A program made the position numbers and the translations under genes. This document shows, piece after piece, positions 16,123 through 26,788 of a stretch of 56,096 nt of DNA. Numbering within the stretch: the first letter of the stretch is position 1; each line of letters opens with the position of its first letter. Source of the stretch: Flavobacterium sp. (GTDB lineage Bacteria; Bacteroidota; Bacteroidia; Flavobacteriales; Flavobacteriaceae); assembly GCF_044368995.1 (NCBI RefSeq), contig NZ_JBIPMS010000001.1:1-56096 (forward strand), given 5' to 3'. Under the pieces are notes generated by a model that did no database searches, had not been told where the DNA came from, and saw only the letters and a list, made by a program, of their open reading frames with translations.

Positions 16123-18939
16123 TTAGAATTTGTAGGTAACTGTAAAGTTTGATGTTCTACCAAATCCAAAGAATACTTGGTTTGAAGTATCAATACCATT
16201 GTACGTTTGTGTGTTGATATAGTTATTATATAACGTTTCGGTAGCAAAGTCTGCTTGCGTTTTTGTTAAAATATTTGTTCTAGATTCAGCAATGTAAATA
16301 GTGTTTAAAACATTATTCATGTTAAATCTGAAGTTTAAAGAATTTTCTTTGTTTTTACCTACCAACATTTTGTAAGAAAAACCTAAATCCATTAAACCGT
16401 AAGATGGTAACTCTAATGAGCCTAAATCGTTAGCAGCTTGTGTTTTAAAGTTTACAGGGTCAATTGCAGCATATAATCTGTCAATATATCTGTAATTAGC
16501 ATCTAATCTTACTCTTGTTAACACTTCGTAAGAAAATCCTAAAGCAGCAGTTGTTTGAGCCGCATCACCCACTTTTAACCCATCAGTATATAAAGTTTCT
16601 TTAAAAGCTTCATTAGTGGTTGGATTTGTAATAACTACATTGTTATCATCTTGGTAACTTGCTGTTACATTACTTCCATATCTCCAGTCTCCGTATGAGA
16701 ACATACCATTAATATCTAATTTCTTGAATGGCTTGAATACGAAATCTAACTCAGTACCCATGTGAATTTGCTCTACACCTTCTAAGAAGGCAGAACCAGG
16801 AATTGTTGGAGTTGTGGCATTCAAATCATGATTAATATTAGCAGTTAATCTAATAAATCTATCTTTCCAAGTAGTTCTGTATACATTTACATTAGCAGAA
16901 AATAGTTTAGATTTGAAACCATAACCGGCTTCTAATCCCATGATTTTCTCATTAGTTAAGTTTTCATTTATAACAGATGCATTATTGATAAAAACTGCAT
17001 TAAAGAAAGGTTGTTTAGAATAATAACCTGCATTCACATACACATTGTTTTTTTCGTCAATGTTATAGTTTGCACCCCCTTTTACATTTCCACCTAAAAT
17101 ATTTTTATAGTCAGTTGACGACAATGGATTAGATGATAAATATTTATAATAATCTACTCTTTTGAAACCTTGTTGAGAAACCGCAGCTTGTAAAAACAAT
17201 GTCAATTTTTCTGTAGAGTATTCTAATTGTGTAAAGGCTCCAAGCCAATTAACTAAACCATCATTATTATAGTTAATCGCTTTTTGGTAATCTGTATTCC
17301 ATAAAGGATTTAAGTTAGGTTCTGTAGCATATTGGAAATTTGAAACGGTGTTTAAGTTGTTTGCATCACCTGCTAAGTTGTTAAAACTTGTAGAACCCAA
17401 TAAATCGTTTAATACTTGATAGTGAATTCCTCTATAGGTTCTTGCATCAACACCAAAATCTAACGTTAATTTATCAGTAAGTTTTGTGTTTAAGTTTACA
17501 ATACCTCCATACCAGTTATGCGAGTTGATAGATGAAATTTTAGAAATACCATTAGTAGTATTAGTTGCAGTTCCATTATTATTTTGGAATTGTCCAGACG
17601 TTAAACCTCTTGTAGATGTCCCTGTTGTTCCAGGAATAGAAACAGCTTGTCCTGAGTTCCAAGATTGAATTAAATCTACGTTTATAGTCCCATCTGCTTT
17701 TCTTAAATTATCTGCGAAAAATCTATTACCTCTAATCGCTCCAGTTCCGTTAGAACCTCCACCACGACCCCAAGAGGCATAAACAACAGTAGATAATTTC
17801 ATTTTATCAGAAATTTTATAATCCCAGTTTAATGACGCTACAGGTTTATGATAAAAGTTAGTTCTAAAACTATATTCTTCCCCATTTAACATTCCCCAAT
17901 CAGAATTGTATCTAATGTTTGGATCCATCTCTGCAGGATTACCATATTTAATATATTGTGCAATTGTTGGAGCAGCACTACGTTGGTTGTGCCATTGTGG
18001 TGCGCCGGTAAATACAAATTGAAAATCATGTTTGTCATTTAATTGGTATCCTAAACCAATAAAATAATTTCCACCTTCAAATTTTGTACCATCAACATAT
18101 CCATCTCCAGTTGTTCTTGACATTAAAAACGAAGCGGATAAACCATTTTTCATTTTACCAGTATTGTAAGACAATTGGTTTTTAAAATAGTCGTCATTAC
18201 CAAAAGAAGAAGCATATACTCCGCCTTCTTTTTGGTCTGCTGTTTTTGTAACTACATTTATAGTTCCACCCACAGAAGAAATAGCTAATTTAGAAGACCC
18301 TAAACCTCTTTGTACTTGCATAGCGCTAGTTACATCAGAAAGACCAGCCCAGTTACTCCAGTATACTGCACTATTTTCCATATCATTAACAGGAACCCCA
18401 TTAATTAATACTGCAATGTTGTTTTGGTTAAATCCACGAATGTTTACTCTTGAATCTCCAAATCCACCACCAGATTTGGTAGCATACACAGAAGGGGTGT
18501 TATTTAACATTTCAGGAAATTCTTGATTTCCTAATTTTGCTTGAATTTCAGAAGCTTTGATTGTAGAAACCGCTACAGGAGTTTTTCTGCTTTTAGCGAT
18601 ATCAACTGTTGTAGATTTTACCACTACTTCTTCAATTTCTGAACTACTTAATACTAAAGCAATAGTTCCTAAGTTTTGATTTCCAGCAAATGAAACTTTT
18701 GAAGATTCAAATCCAAGAAAAGAAATAACAACTGTTCCAGCATTTTCTTTTGAAACAATTTTAAAACTTCCATCTTCTGAAGTTTTTACTGTAGATGCAT
18801 TTCCTTTAACACTCACAATAGCATTTGCTAGAGGATTGTTAGAGTTGTCAGTTACTTTACCAGTTACGGTTGACTGAGCAAAAACCATTGATGAAGACAT
18901 CAATAATAAGGTTAAAAACCAATAAATGTTCTTTTTCAT
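16123..18939 (-). CDS. TonB-dependent receptor with N-terminal carboxypeptidase-regulatory-like domain
   Basis: Signal peptide, plug 'NIRGF...VLINGVP...QVQRG', beta-barrel, C-terminal Phe. TATTTTTG promoter at 18964-18971 (minus). Confidence 0.92.
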   Translation of the reverse strand: MKKNIYWFLTLLLMSSSMVFAQSTVTGKVTDNSNNPLANAIVSVKGNASTVKTSEDGSFKIVSKENAGTVVISFLGFESSKVSFAGNQNLGTIALVLSSSEIEEVVVKSTTVDIAKSRKTPVAVSTIKASEIQAKLGNQEFPEMLNNTPSVYATKSGGGFGDSRVNIRGFNQNNIAVLINGVPVNDMENSAVYWSNWAGLSDVTSAMQVQRGLGSSKLAISSVGGTINVVTKTADQKEGGVYASSFGNDDYFKNQLSYNTGKMKNGLSASFLMSRTTGDGYVDGTKFEGGNYFIGLGYQLNDKHDFQFVFTGAPQWHNQRSAAPTIAQYIKYGNPAEMDPNIRYNSDWGMLNGEEYSFRTNFYHKPVASLNWDYKISDKMKLSTVVYASWGRGGGSNGTGAIRGNRFFADNLRKADGTINVDLIQSWNSGQAVSIPGTTGTSTRGLTSGQFQNNNGTATNTTNGISKISSINSHNWYGGIVNLNTKLTDKLTLDFGVDARTYRGIHYQVLNDLLGSTSFNNLAGDANNLNTVSNFQYATEPNLNPLWNTDYQKAINYNNDGLVNWLGAFTQLEYSTEKLTLFLQAAVSQQGFKRVDYYKYLSSNPLSSTDYKNILGGNVKGGANYNIDEKNNVYVNAGYYSKQPFFNAVFINNASVINENLTNEKIMGLEAGYGFKSKLFSANVNVYRTTWKDRFIRLTANINHDLNATTPTIPGSAFLEGVEQIHMGTELDFVFKPFKKLDINGMFSYGDWRYGSNVTASYQDDNNVVITNPTTNEAFKETLYTDGLKVGDAAQTTAALGFSYEVLTRVRLDANYRYIDRLYAAIDPVNFKTQAANDLGSLELPSYGLMDLGFSYKMLVGKNKENSLNFRFNMNNVLNTIYIAESRTNILTKTQADFATETLYNNYINTQTYNGIDTSNQVFFGFGRTSNFTVTYKF

Positions 18940-19032
18940 GTTTTGTTAGTTAAATATTTTATACAAAAATAAAAAAAATTTAAGGAATAACATTAAGAAA
19001 ACATTAACATTTATTTATTTTATTAACATTTT

Positions 19033-20670
19033 TTAGCTAATAAATTTACTTAATAGCTTAGTTGTTGAACTATCATGGTTTTTGATGGTTCCGTTTTCTA
19101 TTTCGCTTAAAATAGAATTGGCCAATTGTTTTCCTAGTTCAACACCCCATTGGTCATAACTATAGATGTTCCAAATAATGCCTTGTACAAAAATTTTGTG
19201 TTCATACATGGCTACTAATGCGCCTAAACTTTCTGGAGTTAATTTTTTTATTAATAAAGTATTGGTAGGCTTGTTTCCTTCAAAAACTTTAAATGGGATC
19301 AAATGTGCTACTTCGGTTTCTGTTTTACCTTGAGCTACAAATTCTGAAAGCACTTGTTCACGAGATTTACCTTTTAATAAGGCTTCAGTTTGCGCAAAAA
19401 AGTTAGACATTAATTTGTTATGATGGTCTTTTTCACCATAAAGCGGTTCAATAAAACCAATAAAATCTGTTGGAATTAGTTTTGTTCCTTGATGAATTAA
19501 TTGAAAAAACGCGTGTTGCGAATTGGTTCCTGGCTCGCCCCAAACAATCGTTCCTGTTTGGTAATTTACAGGTTTTCCGTTTCTAGCAATAGATTTTCCG
19601 TTGCTTTCCATGATACCTTGTTGTAAATAAGGCGCCAATTTTTGTAAATATTGCGTATAAGGAATCAATGCTTCGGTTTCGGCGCCAAAGAAATTATTAT
19701 GCCAAATACTTAACAACGCTAAAACTACTGGAATGTTATTTTCAAAAGGCGTATTTGCAAAATGCACATCCATTTTATTCGCCCCTTTTAATAATTGATT
19801 AAAATTTTCGTATCCAACGGCTAAACTAATAGTTAAACCAACGGCACTCCATAATGAAAATCTGCCGCCAACCCAATCCCACATTGGAAAAATGTTTTCG
19901 GGAGCGATACCAAAGTTGGTTACGTTTTGCAAATTAGTGGAAACGGCTACAAAATGTTTAGCAATATCTTTTTCTGTAGCCTGTTGCAAAAACCATTTTT
20001 TTACAGTTTCCGAATTGGTTAAGGTTTCCTGAGTAGTAAATGTTTTAGAAACGATAACGAATAAAGTAGTTTTTGGATTTAATTTTTTTAGTATTTCTTG
20101 TACATGGTCGCCATCTACATTAGAAATAAAGTGGGTGTTTAAATCATTTTTATAAAATTGTAAGGCTTCCACAATCATTGCAGGACCTAGATCCGAACCA
20201 CCAATTCCAATATTCACCACATCAGTAAATGATTTTCCAGAATATCCTTTTGCTTCTCCAGAAACAATTTTATTTGTAAACTCTTTTATTTTATTTTTCG
20301 TGTCATAAATTTCAGGCATTACGTTTTCGCCTTCAAACAAAACCACATCGTTTTCATTGGCACGTAATGCCGTGTGAAGCACTGCTCTGTTTTCGGTTTC
20401 GTTTATTTTTTCTCCCGAGAAATATTTTGAAATGGCGTCTTTTAATCCTACTTCATTGGCCAACTCAATAAGTAAGTTTAGGGTTTCTTTCGTCCAATTA
20501 TTTTTAGAAAAATCCACATAAAAATCATGCCATTCAATATTGAATTTTTCTGCTCGTTTGGCATCATTTTGAAACAAATCTTGAATAGAATGTTGTTCAA
20601 TTTCTGAAAAATGAGTTTTTAATTTTTGCCAAGCAATTGTTTCTGTTGGATTGATATGTTGTAATTTCAT
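19033..20670 (-). CDS. pgi: Glucose-6-phosphate isomerase
   Basis: Motifs [39 protein letters not shown]. Confidence 0.98.
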   Translation of the reverse strand: MKLQHINPTETIAWQKLKTHFSEIEQHSIQDLFQNDAKRAEKFNIEWHDFYVDFSKNNWTKETLNLLIELANEVGLKDAISKYFSGEKINETENRAVLHTALRANENDVVLFEGENVMPEIYDTKNKIKEFTNKIVSGEAKGYSGKSFTDVVNIGIGGSDLGPAMIVEALQFYKNDLNTHFISNVDGDHVQEILKKLNPKTTLFVIVSKTFTTQETLTNSETVKKWFLQQATEKDIAKHFVAVSTNLQNVTNFGIAPENIFPMWDWVGGRFSLWSAVGLTISLAVGYENFNQLLKGANKMDVHFANTPFENNIPVVLALLSIWHNNFFGAETEALIPYTQYLQKLAPYLQQGIMESNGKSIARNGKPVNYQTGTIVWGEPGTNSQHAFFQLIHQGTKLIPTDFIGFIEPLYGEKDHHNKLMSNFFAQTEALLKGKSREQVLSEFVAQGKTETEVAHLIPFKVFEGNKPTNTLLIKKLTPESLGALVAMYEHKIFVQGIIWNIYSYDQWGVELGKQLANSILSEIENGTIKNHDSSTTKLLSKFIS

Positions 20671-20681
20671 AATAAAATTGT

Positions 20682-21914
20682 TTATTCTTTAAATGTTTTT
20701 GTGGTGGTTTCGTCTAATTCTTTTTTTAGCGGTGCAATGGCAGCTAAATATTTTGTTTTTTGTTTTTTTGTCATGGGTTCCGAAGTAGGCAATTTTAACC
20801 GCAAAGGATCTACTTGTACTCCATTTTTCCAAAAACGATAACACACATGCGGACCAGTTGATAAACCAGTGCTTCCAACTTTTCCAATGACTTGTCCTTG
20901 CGTTACAGATTGTCCTCTACGGACTAAAATTTTCGACATGTGCAGGTATTGTGTGGCGTATTTTCCGTTGTGTTTTACTTTCACAAAATTTCCGTTTCCG
21001 GAAGTGTATCCCGTGGCTTCTACAACTCCAGAAGCGGTTGTTTTTATTGGCGTTCCGTGAGGCGCGGCATAATCCGTTCCGTTATGTGCTTTCCAAGTAA
21101 ATTGTACCGGATGAAACCGTCTGGTTGTAAATTTTGAGGTTAATTTGAAAAAGGACAAAGGGGCTTTTAAAAACATACTTTTTGCTCCCGAAGCCTTTTC
21201 GTCATAATATTCAACTTTTTTTTGGTTTTCATTTAATTTATAAGGGAAAGCGTATATTTTTTTTCCTTTGTATTCAAAATAAGACGCTTCTACTTCATCT
21301 ACTCCTAAATATTCCCCGTTTTCAAAATATTTTTCTTTGATGGAAACGGCAAACTTATCCCCTTTTTTTAGCTTAAAAAAGTCAATGGAATATTTATAAA
21401 TTTGTGCCAATTCGTTTGCTAAATCAGCACTAATGCCTTTTCTAGATAAGGTTTCTGATAACGATCCGTCCAACTCTGCTGCAATAGTTCTTCTTTTTAC
21501 AATGGTAGGACGTTTTTTAATTATTACACGGATAGAGTCTCTTAAATCGACTACCAAAAAGCTAGTTTTGTCTTGCACATAAACCAAAGCTTTTAAGTTT
21601 TTCTTATTTTTTTTGTCGGAAAAAGTCAAAAAAGTTTTACCCGCTCGGATGGTTTTTATATTGAAAGAGTCTTTTATTTTTTCTGTAACATCAAATGTTT
21701 TTATACTATCGGGTAGCGTATACGCTTCTAAAATTGTGCTAAAAGTATCGCCAGATTGTAAGGTGTCTTCTACCACAGAAAAATCATTAAAAGTAAATCC
21801 GTATTTTTTAATTATGGGGATTTTTTTAGCGATTTTATCTGCCGTTTTTTTGTCATTTTCATTGTTATGACAAGAAAACGTGAGTAGTAATATAGCGTAT
21901 AAGATGTACTTCAA
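20682..21914 (-). CDS. M23 peptidoglycan DD-endopeptidase lipoprotein (MepM-like)
   Basis: Lipobox TFSC, 'HNGTDYAA' (HxxxD), YLHMS and TGPHV. TTG start. Confidence 0.92.
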   Translation of the reverse strand: MKYILYAILLLTFSCHNNENDKKTADKIAKKIPIIKKYGFTFNDFSVVEDTLQSGDTFSTILEAYTLPDSIKTFDVTEKIKDSFNIKTIRAGKTFLTFSDKKNKKNLKALVYVQDKTSFLVVDLRDSIRVIIKKRPTIVKRRTIAAELDGSLSETLSRKGISADLANELAQIYKYSIDFFKLKKGDKFAVSIKEKYFENGEYLGVDEVEASYFEYKGKKIYAFPYKLNENQKKVEYYDEKASGAKSMFLKAPLSFFKLTSKFTTRRFHPVQFTWKAHNGTDYAAPHGTPIKTTASGVVEATGYTSGNGNFVKVKHNGKYATQYLHMSKILVRRGQSVTQGQVIGKVGSTGLSTGPHVCYRFWKNGVQVDPLRLKLPTSEPMTKKQKTKYLAAIAPLKKELDETTTKTFKE

Positions 21915-21928
21915 ATCTTGGTTTTTAA

Positions 21929-22849
21929 TTATTCTCCCCAGTTTTTTAATTCTTCAACGCTCCAAAGTTCTGGAAAGAAAATTCTTTTTTGGTATTTTGG
22001 CAGCATGTATTTTTTCCAATCACTTCCGCCGGTAGCTTCATGATTTCCTGGAACGCTTTCAATATATTTTTTTGCAGCATTAAAATGTCCCATTACCCAA
22101 GTAATATTTACAGTTTTGTCATAATGACGCATAGCGGCTATTAATTCTGGGTTTTTTTGATCGTTTTCTGGTAATTGTTTAAATTTTTGCCAAAGATTTA
22201 TGGTGTTGTATTCTTCCATAAAAGATAAAAATTCTTTTTTATATTTTCGTTCAAATTCGCTTAACAAATATGATTTTTCTCCTGTTTGATGATCTTTTCC
22301 TGCGGCTTGCCAATATAAATGTTCTAAAGCGTGTGTGTAAGATGTGTCTCTGTCAATAGTTGCTCTAAAACGTAAATCGATTAAATTAATCAAATCTGTT
22401 GATGCAAATTCAATCATTCTGTATTGGGCACTTTGAAAACCACTTGCAGGCGTTAAGGTGTTTCTAAATTTTAAATATTGTTCGGGTTCCATGCCTTCTT
22501 TCATGATATCAAAAGAAGTGGTTAACATATCAAAATAACGGCTAATTCTATTTAATCTTTCTGTGAAAAATTCGGTACTTGGCGCGGTATTATGACACAC
22601 TTGATCCATTTCCCAAAGTATCATTTTAAATAATAATTCATTTACTTGATGATACATGATAAACACCATTTCATCTGGTAAAGTAGAACGTTGAATTTGT
22701 AAATTTAAAAGCGCATCGGTTTGAATATAATCCCAATAAGTAATTGGTTTTGCCCAAAGCAATCCTTCTAAATGAGTTTCTGTTTTTTGATTTATTTTTT
22801 CGAACTTTTCATCTAATTGTTCGATTTTTGTTGAAATAGTTTCTTGCAA
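21929..22849 (-). CDS. kynA: Tryptophan 2,3-dioxygenase family protein
   Basis: 'YWDYI...LL.LQ', 'DEMVFIMYHQVNELLFK', 'PASGFQSAQYR', 'TGGSDW..Y', 'FFPELW'. TTG start is uncertain. Confidence 0.88.
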   Translation of the reverse strand: MQETISTKIEQLDEKFEKINQKTETHLEGLLWAKPITYWDYIQTDALLNLQIQRSTLPDEMVFIMYHQVNELLFKMILWEMDQVCHNTAPSTEFFTERLNRISRYFDMLTTSFDIMKEGMEPEQYLKFRNTLTPASGFQSAQYRMIEFASTDLINLIDLRFRATIDRDTSYTHALEHLYWQAAGKDHQTGEKSYLLSEFERKYKKEFLSFMEEYNTINLWQKFKQLPENDQKNPELIAAMRHYDKTVNITWVMGHFNAAKKYIESVPGNHEATGGSDWKKYMLPKYQKRIFFPELWSVEELKNWGE

Positions 22850-22857
22850 AATAAGTA

Positions 22858-23628
22858 TTATTTAAAATTTATCGGATGTTTCAATCCTTTGTATTGATCA
22901 ATGTCTGCTTTTATAGAACCAACTGCTAAACTGGCCTTTACTCTGATGGGAATTTTGTTATCATCGTCCGATATCCAAACCGTAAGACTTTCTTCTTCCT
23001 TAAAAACACGCCCTGCTTGAACTAATGGTTTAAAAATCATGCAGTTTATTTCTCCAAATTTAGAGTTTATATTTTCTTTACCAACAAATTTTAGTTTAAA
23101 TTTTGTAGTTTCTTCATCAAAAAACATATCTATTGTTATGGACTCGCCCACAGCTAACTTATCAATCTTAGGGTGGTTTCTTAGGTAATAGAAAGAAGAA
23201 ACGATATCTTGAATATCTTCAGGGACATTAAATGTTTTTTCAGTTTTATTCTTGAAGTCTTTTACTAAAACGGTATTGTTGTTTTGGTTGAAATAGCCTT
23301 GTTGATTTTTTGTGTAACCACCTTCGTTTATGTTTCTAATAAACACATAAGGTTTGTTGGTTTCTTTGTTAAAGTAACTTTCATAGTTGTCCATTACTTT
23401 AAACATTATTTTTGTCATACCAGTTGTGTATCCTTTTCCAACAACATGGTGCATTTTTTTACCGTTTAGTTCGGCATCTTTAACTTCTAAAGTGGCATAA
23501 CCAGCATTTATTATTCCGTAATGTATTTTTAATTTGAAAAATTCACCAATGGTATAAGCATCTATTTCCTCAGTATTAAAAGAGTTGAAGAGTACAAACA
23601 CCGTTAAAAGTAAAATTATTCTTTTCAT
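22858..23628 (-). CDS. DUF3108 domain secreted protein
   Basis: Signal peptide from MKRIILL (23628), 'GE...KIHYG..NAG.ATL' and 'VWISDD.NKIPIR'. TAACTTTG promoter at 23666-23673 (minus). Confidence 0.85.
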   Translation of the reverse strand: MKRIILLLTVFVLFNSFNTEEIDAYTIGEFFKLKIHYGIINAGYATLEVKDAELNGKKMHHVVGKGYTTGMTKIMFKVMDNYESYFNKETNKPYVFIRNINEGGYTKNQQGYFNQNNNTVLVKDFKNKTEKTFNVPEDIQDIVSSFYYLRNHPKIDKLAVGESITIDMFFDEETTKFKLKFVGKENINSKFGEINCMIFKPLVQAGRVFKEEESLTVWISDDDNKIPIRVKASLAVGSIKADIDQYKGLKHPINFK

Positions 23629-23681
23629 TTTATAAGGTTTTCTTTGCAGCATACAATTATTGTTCCAAAGTTACAAAAAAC

Positions 23682-23787
23682 AAAAAACCCAGTCAAATGA
23701 ATTAACTGAGTTTTTATGTTTAACCAACCAAAAAACTATAAATTATGAAAACTTATACACAATATGAGTCTACTACCTCTCAAATGC
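23682..23787 (-). ncRNA. Candidate ~105-nt small RNA
   Basis: A minus-strand TATCTTTG promoter at 23792-23799 is followed about 75 nt later by terminator AAAAACTCAGTTAA...TTGACTGGGTTTTTT (23682-23715), with no substantial minus-strand ORF between. Confidence 0.5.
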
Positions 23788-23949
23788 CCTGCAAAGATAT
23801 GTTAAGGTTTTATGTTTTATTTAATTAAAAATCAAGTTTAACACTTTTAACAGAAAAAAACACAAGAAAAGCGGTTAAAATTTAACAAAACCAAAAAATA
23901 ACCAACTTTTTTTAAGTATTTGATAATATTGTTATTAACTAATAGGTTT

Positions 23950-25110
23950 TTATAATGTTCCTCTTTTGGCTTGTTCTCTTTCGATAGACTCAAAAAGCGC
24001 TTTAAAGTTTCCTGCTCCAAAACCTCTAGCTCCCATTCTTTGAATAACTTCGAAGAAAAGAGTAGGTCGGTCTTCAATTGGTTTGGTAAAAATTTGTAAC
24101 AAATACCCTTCTTCATCCGCATCAATCATAATACCTAATTTTTGAAGTTCGTTGATGTCTTCTTTAAATTTCGACATGTGATCTTTCAATCTTTCTGGAA
24201 TGGCATCATAATAAGCTTGTGGCGGTGTGCTTAAAAATTCAATTCCACGAGAACGCATATCAGCAACTGTTGTAATAATATCATCCGTAGCAACTGCAAT
24301 ATGTTGCACGCCTTCGCCTTCATAGAAATCTAAATATTCTTCAATTTGAGAACGTTTTTTTCCTTCAGCGGGTTCGTTAATTGGAAATTTAATTCTTCCA
24401 TTGCCATTACTCATTACTTTCGACATCAATGCCGAATAATCTGTAGTAATTTGTTTGTCGTCAAAAGAAAGAAAATTAACAAATCCCATTACATCTTCAA
24501 ACCATTTTACAGCTTCATTCATTCTGTTCCAGCCCGTATTTCCAACCATGTGGTCAATAAACTTTAAACCAACTGGTTTTGGATTATAATCAGATTTCCA
24601 TTCTTGATAACCAGGCATGAAAATTCCGTTGTAATTTTTTCGTTCTACAAAAACAAACACCGTTTCTCCATAGGCACCATAAATTCCTGCACGAACTACT
24701 TCGCCATCTTCGTCTTTTTCAACAACTGGCTCAAAATAAGATTTTGCTCCACGTTTTGTGGTTTCTTCAAATGATTTTCTGGCATCTTCTACCCAAAGTG
24801 CGATAACTTTTACACCATCACCATGTTTTTTTACGTGTTCGCCAATGGGTGAATTGCTGTTTAAAGCCGTTGTTAATACTAAACGTATTTTGTCTTGTTT
24901 CAATACATAAGACGCTCTGTCTCTTACGCCAGTTTCTAATCCGGCATAAGCCAATGATTGAAAACCGAAAGCTGTTTTGTAAAAATGAGCAGCTTGTTTA
25001 GCATTACCCACATAAATTTCCACGTAATCTGTTCCTAATAAAGGCAAGAAATCTTGTGCGCCTTCAAATATTTTTTCTAAGCCGTATTCGACTGATTTTA
25101 AATCTTTCAT
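23950..25110 (-). CDS. hppD: 4-hydroxyphenylpyruvate dioxygenase
   Basis: Motifs IDHMVGN, FPINEP, SQIEEYL, GVQHIA, LLQIFTKP, FFEVIQR, GFGAGNFKALFESIE. Confidence 0.97.
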   Translation of the reverse strand: MKDLKSVEYGLEKIFEGAQDFLPLLGTDYVEIYVGNAKQAAHFYKTAFGFQSLAYAGLETGVRDRASYVLKQDKIRLVLTTALNSNSPIGEHVKKHGDGVKVIALWVEDARKSFEETTKRGAKSYFEPVVEKDEDGEVVRAGIYGAYGETVFVFVERKNYNGIFMPGYQEWKSDYNPKPVGLKFIDHMVGNTGWNRMNEAVKWFEDVMGFVNFLSFDDKQITTDYSALMSKVMSNGNGRIKFPINEPAEGKKRSQIEEYLDFYEGEGVQHIAVATDDIITTVADMRSRGIEFLSTPPQAYYDAIPERLKDHMSKFKEDINELQKLGIMIDADEEGYLLQIFTKPIEDRPTLFFEVIQRMGARGFGAGNFKALFESIEREQAKRGTL

Positions 25111-25126
25111 ATTAATTTGTGATTTT

Positions 25127-25140
25127 AATAATTAGCGAAT
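25127..25140. repeat. Inverted-repeat arm downstream of four-helix-bundle gene
   Basis: AATAATTAGCGAAT is the exact reverse complement of ATTCGCTAATTATT at 25614-25627. Confidence 0.8.
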
Positions 25141-25167
25141 AGAAAATTGGTTTGTACTTGCTAATTT

Positions 25168-25542
25168 CTATGTTCGTATATTATTTTTCGTTGTGCTTAT
25201 TATTTTGTTTAACATTTTTATTATTCCATTTAATTTATCAATTAACCCTTCCGGATTAGGATAATTTTCTAAATTTTCACACAGAAAAAGCCAGTATTCT
25301 GTTTCGTCAGCTTCTTTTAATGAAACTTTAAGTTTGTGAACAAAATCAGCTTTGCTTTCTGCATTTTGAGCTTCTTTGATATTTGCACCAACAGATGTTC
25401 CAGAACGAACTAATTGTTTTGCTATTATATATTTTCTTTTTTCATCAAGCAATTCGGCATATTTTATTACCATTAACGCAAACTCAAAAGATTCTTTCAA
25501 GATAGGGTTGTTTTGATATTTTGAACTGTTTGTGAATTTCAT
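25168..25542 (-). CDS. Four-helix-bundle protein (23S rRNA-IVS protein / Avd-like family)
   Basis: Family signature 'QLVRSGTSVGANIKEAQ.AESKADFVHKLKVSLKEADETEYWL'. 124 aa. Confidence 0.92.
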   Translation of the reverse strand: MKFTNSSKYQNNPILKESFEFALMVIKYAELLDEKRKYIIAKQLVRSGTSVGANIKEAQNAESKADFVHKLKVSLKEADETEYWLFLCENLENYPNPEGLIDKLNGIIKMLNKIISTTKNNIRT

Positions 25543-25548
25543 TTAAAA

Positions 25549-25628
25549 AATTAGTTAATAAACGGTTTAGTTAATTATCGAATTAAATCATTCGCTAATT
25601 CGCTCAATTATAAATTCGCTAATTATTC
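25549..25628. repeat. 8-bp-period degenerate array filling the hmgA / four-helix gene gap
   Basis: AATTAGTT AATAAACG GTTTAGTT AATTATCG AATTAAAT CATTCGCT AATTCGCT CAATTATA AATTCGCT AATTATTC. Confidence 0.75.
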
Positions 25629-26780
25629 CACCCAAGATTTATAATATTTCCCATCATCTAATCCCATTGCAGCTTCTGTAACCATTAATGGACGGAACGT
25701 GTCAACCATAACTGCTAATTCTTTAGTTTCGGTATGGCCAATGCTTCTTTCCATAGCGCCTGGTGCTGGTCCGTGAGGAATTCCTTTTGGATGTAAAGTG
25801 ATGTGACCTTGTTCGATGTTGTTTCTACTCATGAAATCCCCATCAACATAATACAACACTTCATCAGAATCAATATTGCTATGATTATATGGAGCAGGTA
25901 TTGATTTTGGATGATAATCGTATAATCTTGGCACAAAAGAACATACTACAAATGTTGCTGTTTCAAAAGTTTGGTGAATAGGTGGCGGCAAATGTACACG
26001 ACCTGTAATGGGTTCAAAATTGTGAATTGAAAATCCGTACGGAAAATTGTAACCGTCCCAACCGATAACATCAAAAGGATGAGTGGCATAAACCACTTCG
26101 TGCATCATACCTTCTTTTTTGATTTTGATTAAGAAATCACCTTTTTCGTCATGCGTTTCTATTTCAGAGGGTAATTTAAAATCCCTTTCACAAAATGGCG
26201 CATGTTCTAAATGCTGCCCGGAATCATTTTTATATCTTTTTGGGGTATAAAAAGGTGTATAAGATTCTACATAAAATAAGCGATTGTCTTCAGAATTGAA
26301 ATCAATTTGATAAATCATTCCGCGTGGAATAATTAAGTAATCGCCATATTCAAAATCTATATTTCCCATCATGGTTCTAAGTTTTCCAGAACCTTTATGG
26401 ATAAATATCATTTCGTCTGCATCGGCGTTTTTATAAAAATAATTACGCAATGATTTTTTTGGTGCAGCTAATCCGATAATACAATCTTTATTAACAAGCA
26501 TATCTTTTCTGCTTTCTAAAAAATCGTCGGCGGGTTGTAATTCAAAACCTTTTAATAATAGTGATTTTATGTTTTTACCAATGGCTATTTTTGGTTCAAC
26601 AGAATAAGATTTGGTAATTTCTTTAACCTGTGTTGGTCTATGAACATGGTATAATAGTGAAGAATGTCCATGAAAACCTTCAGTACCAAAAAGTTGTTCG
26701 TAGTATAACCCGCCGTTTGGGTTTTCAAACTGGATATGTCGTTTGTGAGGGATTTCTCCTAATTTATGATATATTGGCAT
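25623..26780 (-). CDS. hmgA: Homogentisate 1,2-dioxygenase
   Basis: Motifs NADADE, HPFDVIGWDG, HLPPPIH, PYNHSNIDSDE, TLHPKGIPHGP, ELAVMVDTF. Confidence 0.95.
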   Translation of the reverse strand: MPIYHKLGEIPHKRHIQFENPNGGLYYEQLFGTEGFHGHSSLLYHVHRPTQVKEITKSYSVEPKIAIGKNIKSLLLKGFELQPADDFLESRKDMLVNKDCIIGLAAPKKSLRNYFYKNADADEMIFIHKGSGKLRTMMGNIDFEYGDYLIIPRGMIYQIDFNSEDNRLFYVESYTPFYTPKRYKNDSGQHLEHAPFCERDFKLPSEIETHDEKGDFLIKIKKEGMMHEVVYATHPFDVIGWDGYNFPYGFSIHNFEPITGRVHLPPPIHQTFETATFVVCSFVPRLYDYHPKSIPAPYNHSNIDSDEVLYYVDGDFMSRNNIEQGHITLHPKGIPHGPAPGAMERSIGHTETKELAVMVDTFRPLMVTEAAMGLDDGKYYKSWVE

Positions 26781-26788
26781 TTTTTTTT

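Noticed and set aside
23847-24125. 92-aa ORF overlapping the hppD 3' end
   Set aside because: It is an alternative frame of hppD running into AT-rich intergenic DNA.
25168-25542. Four-helix gene as part of a DGR or an rRNA intervening sequence
   Set aside because: No RT, TR/VR pair or rRNA sequence is nearby. Only the family relationship is retained.
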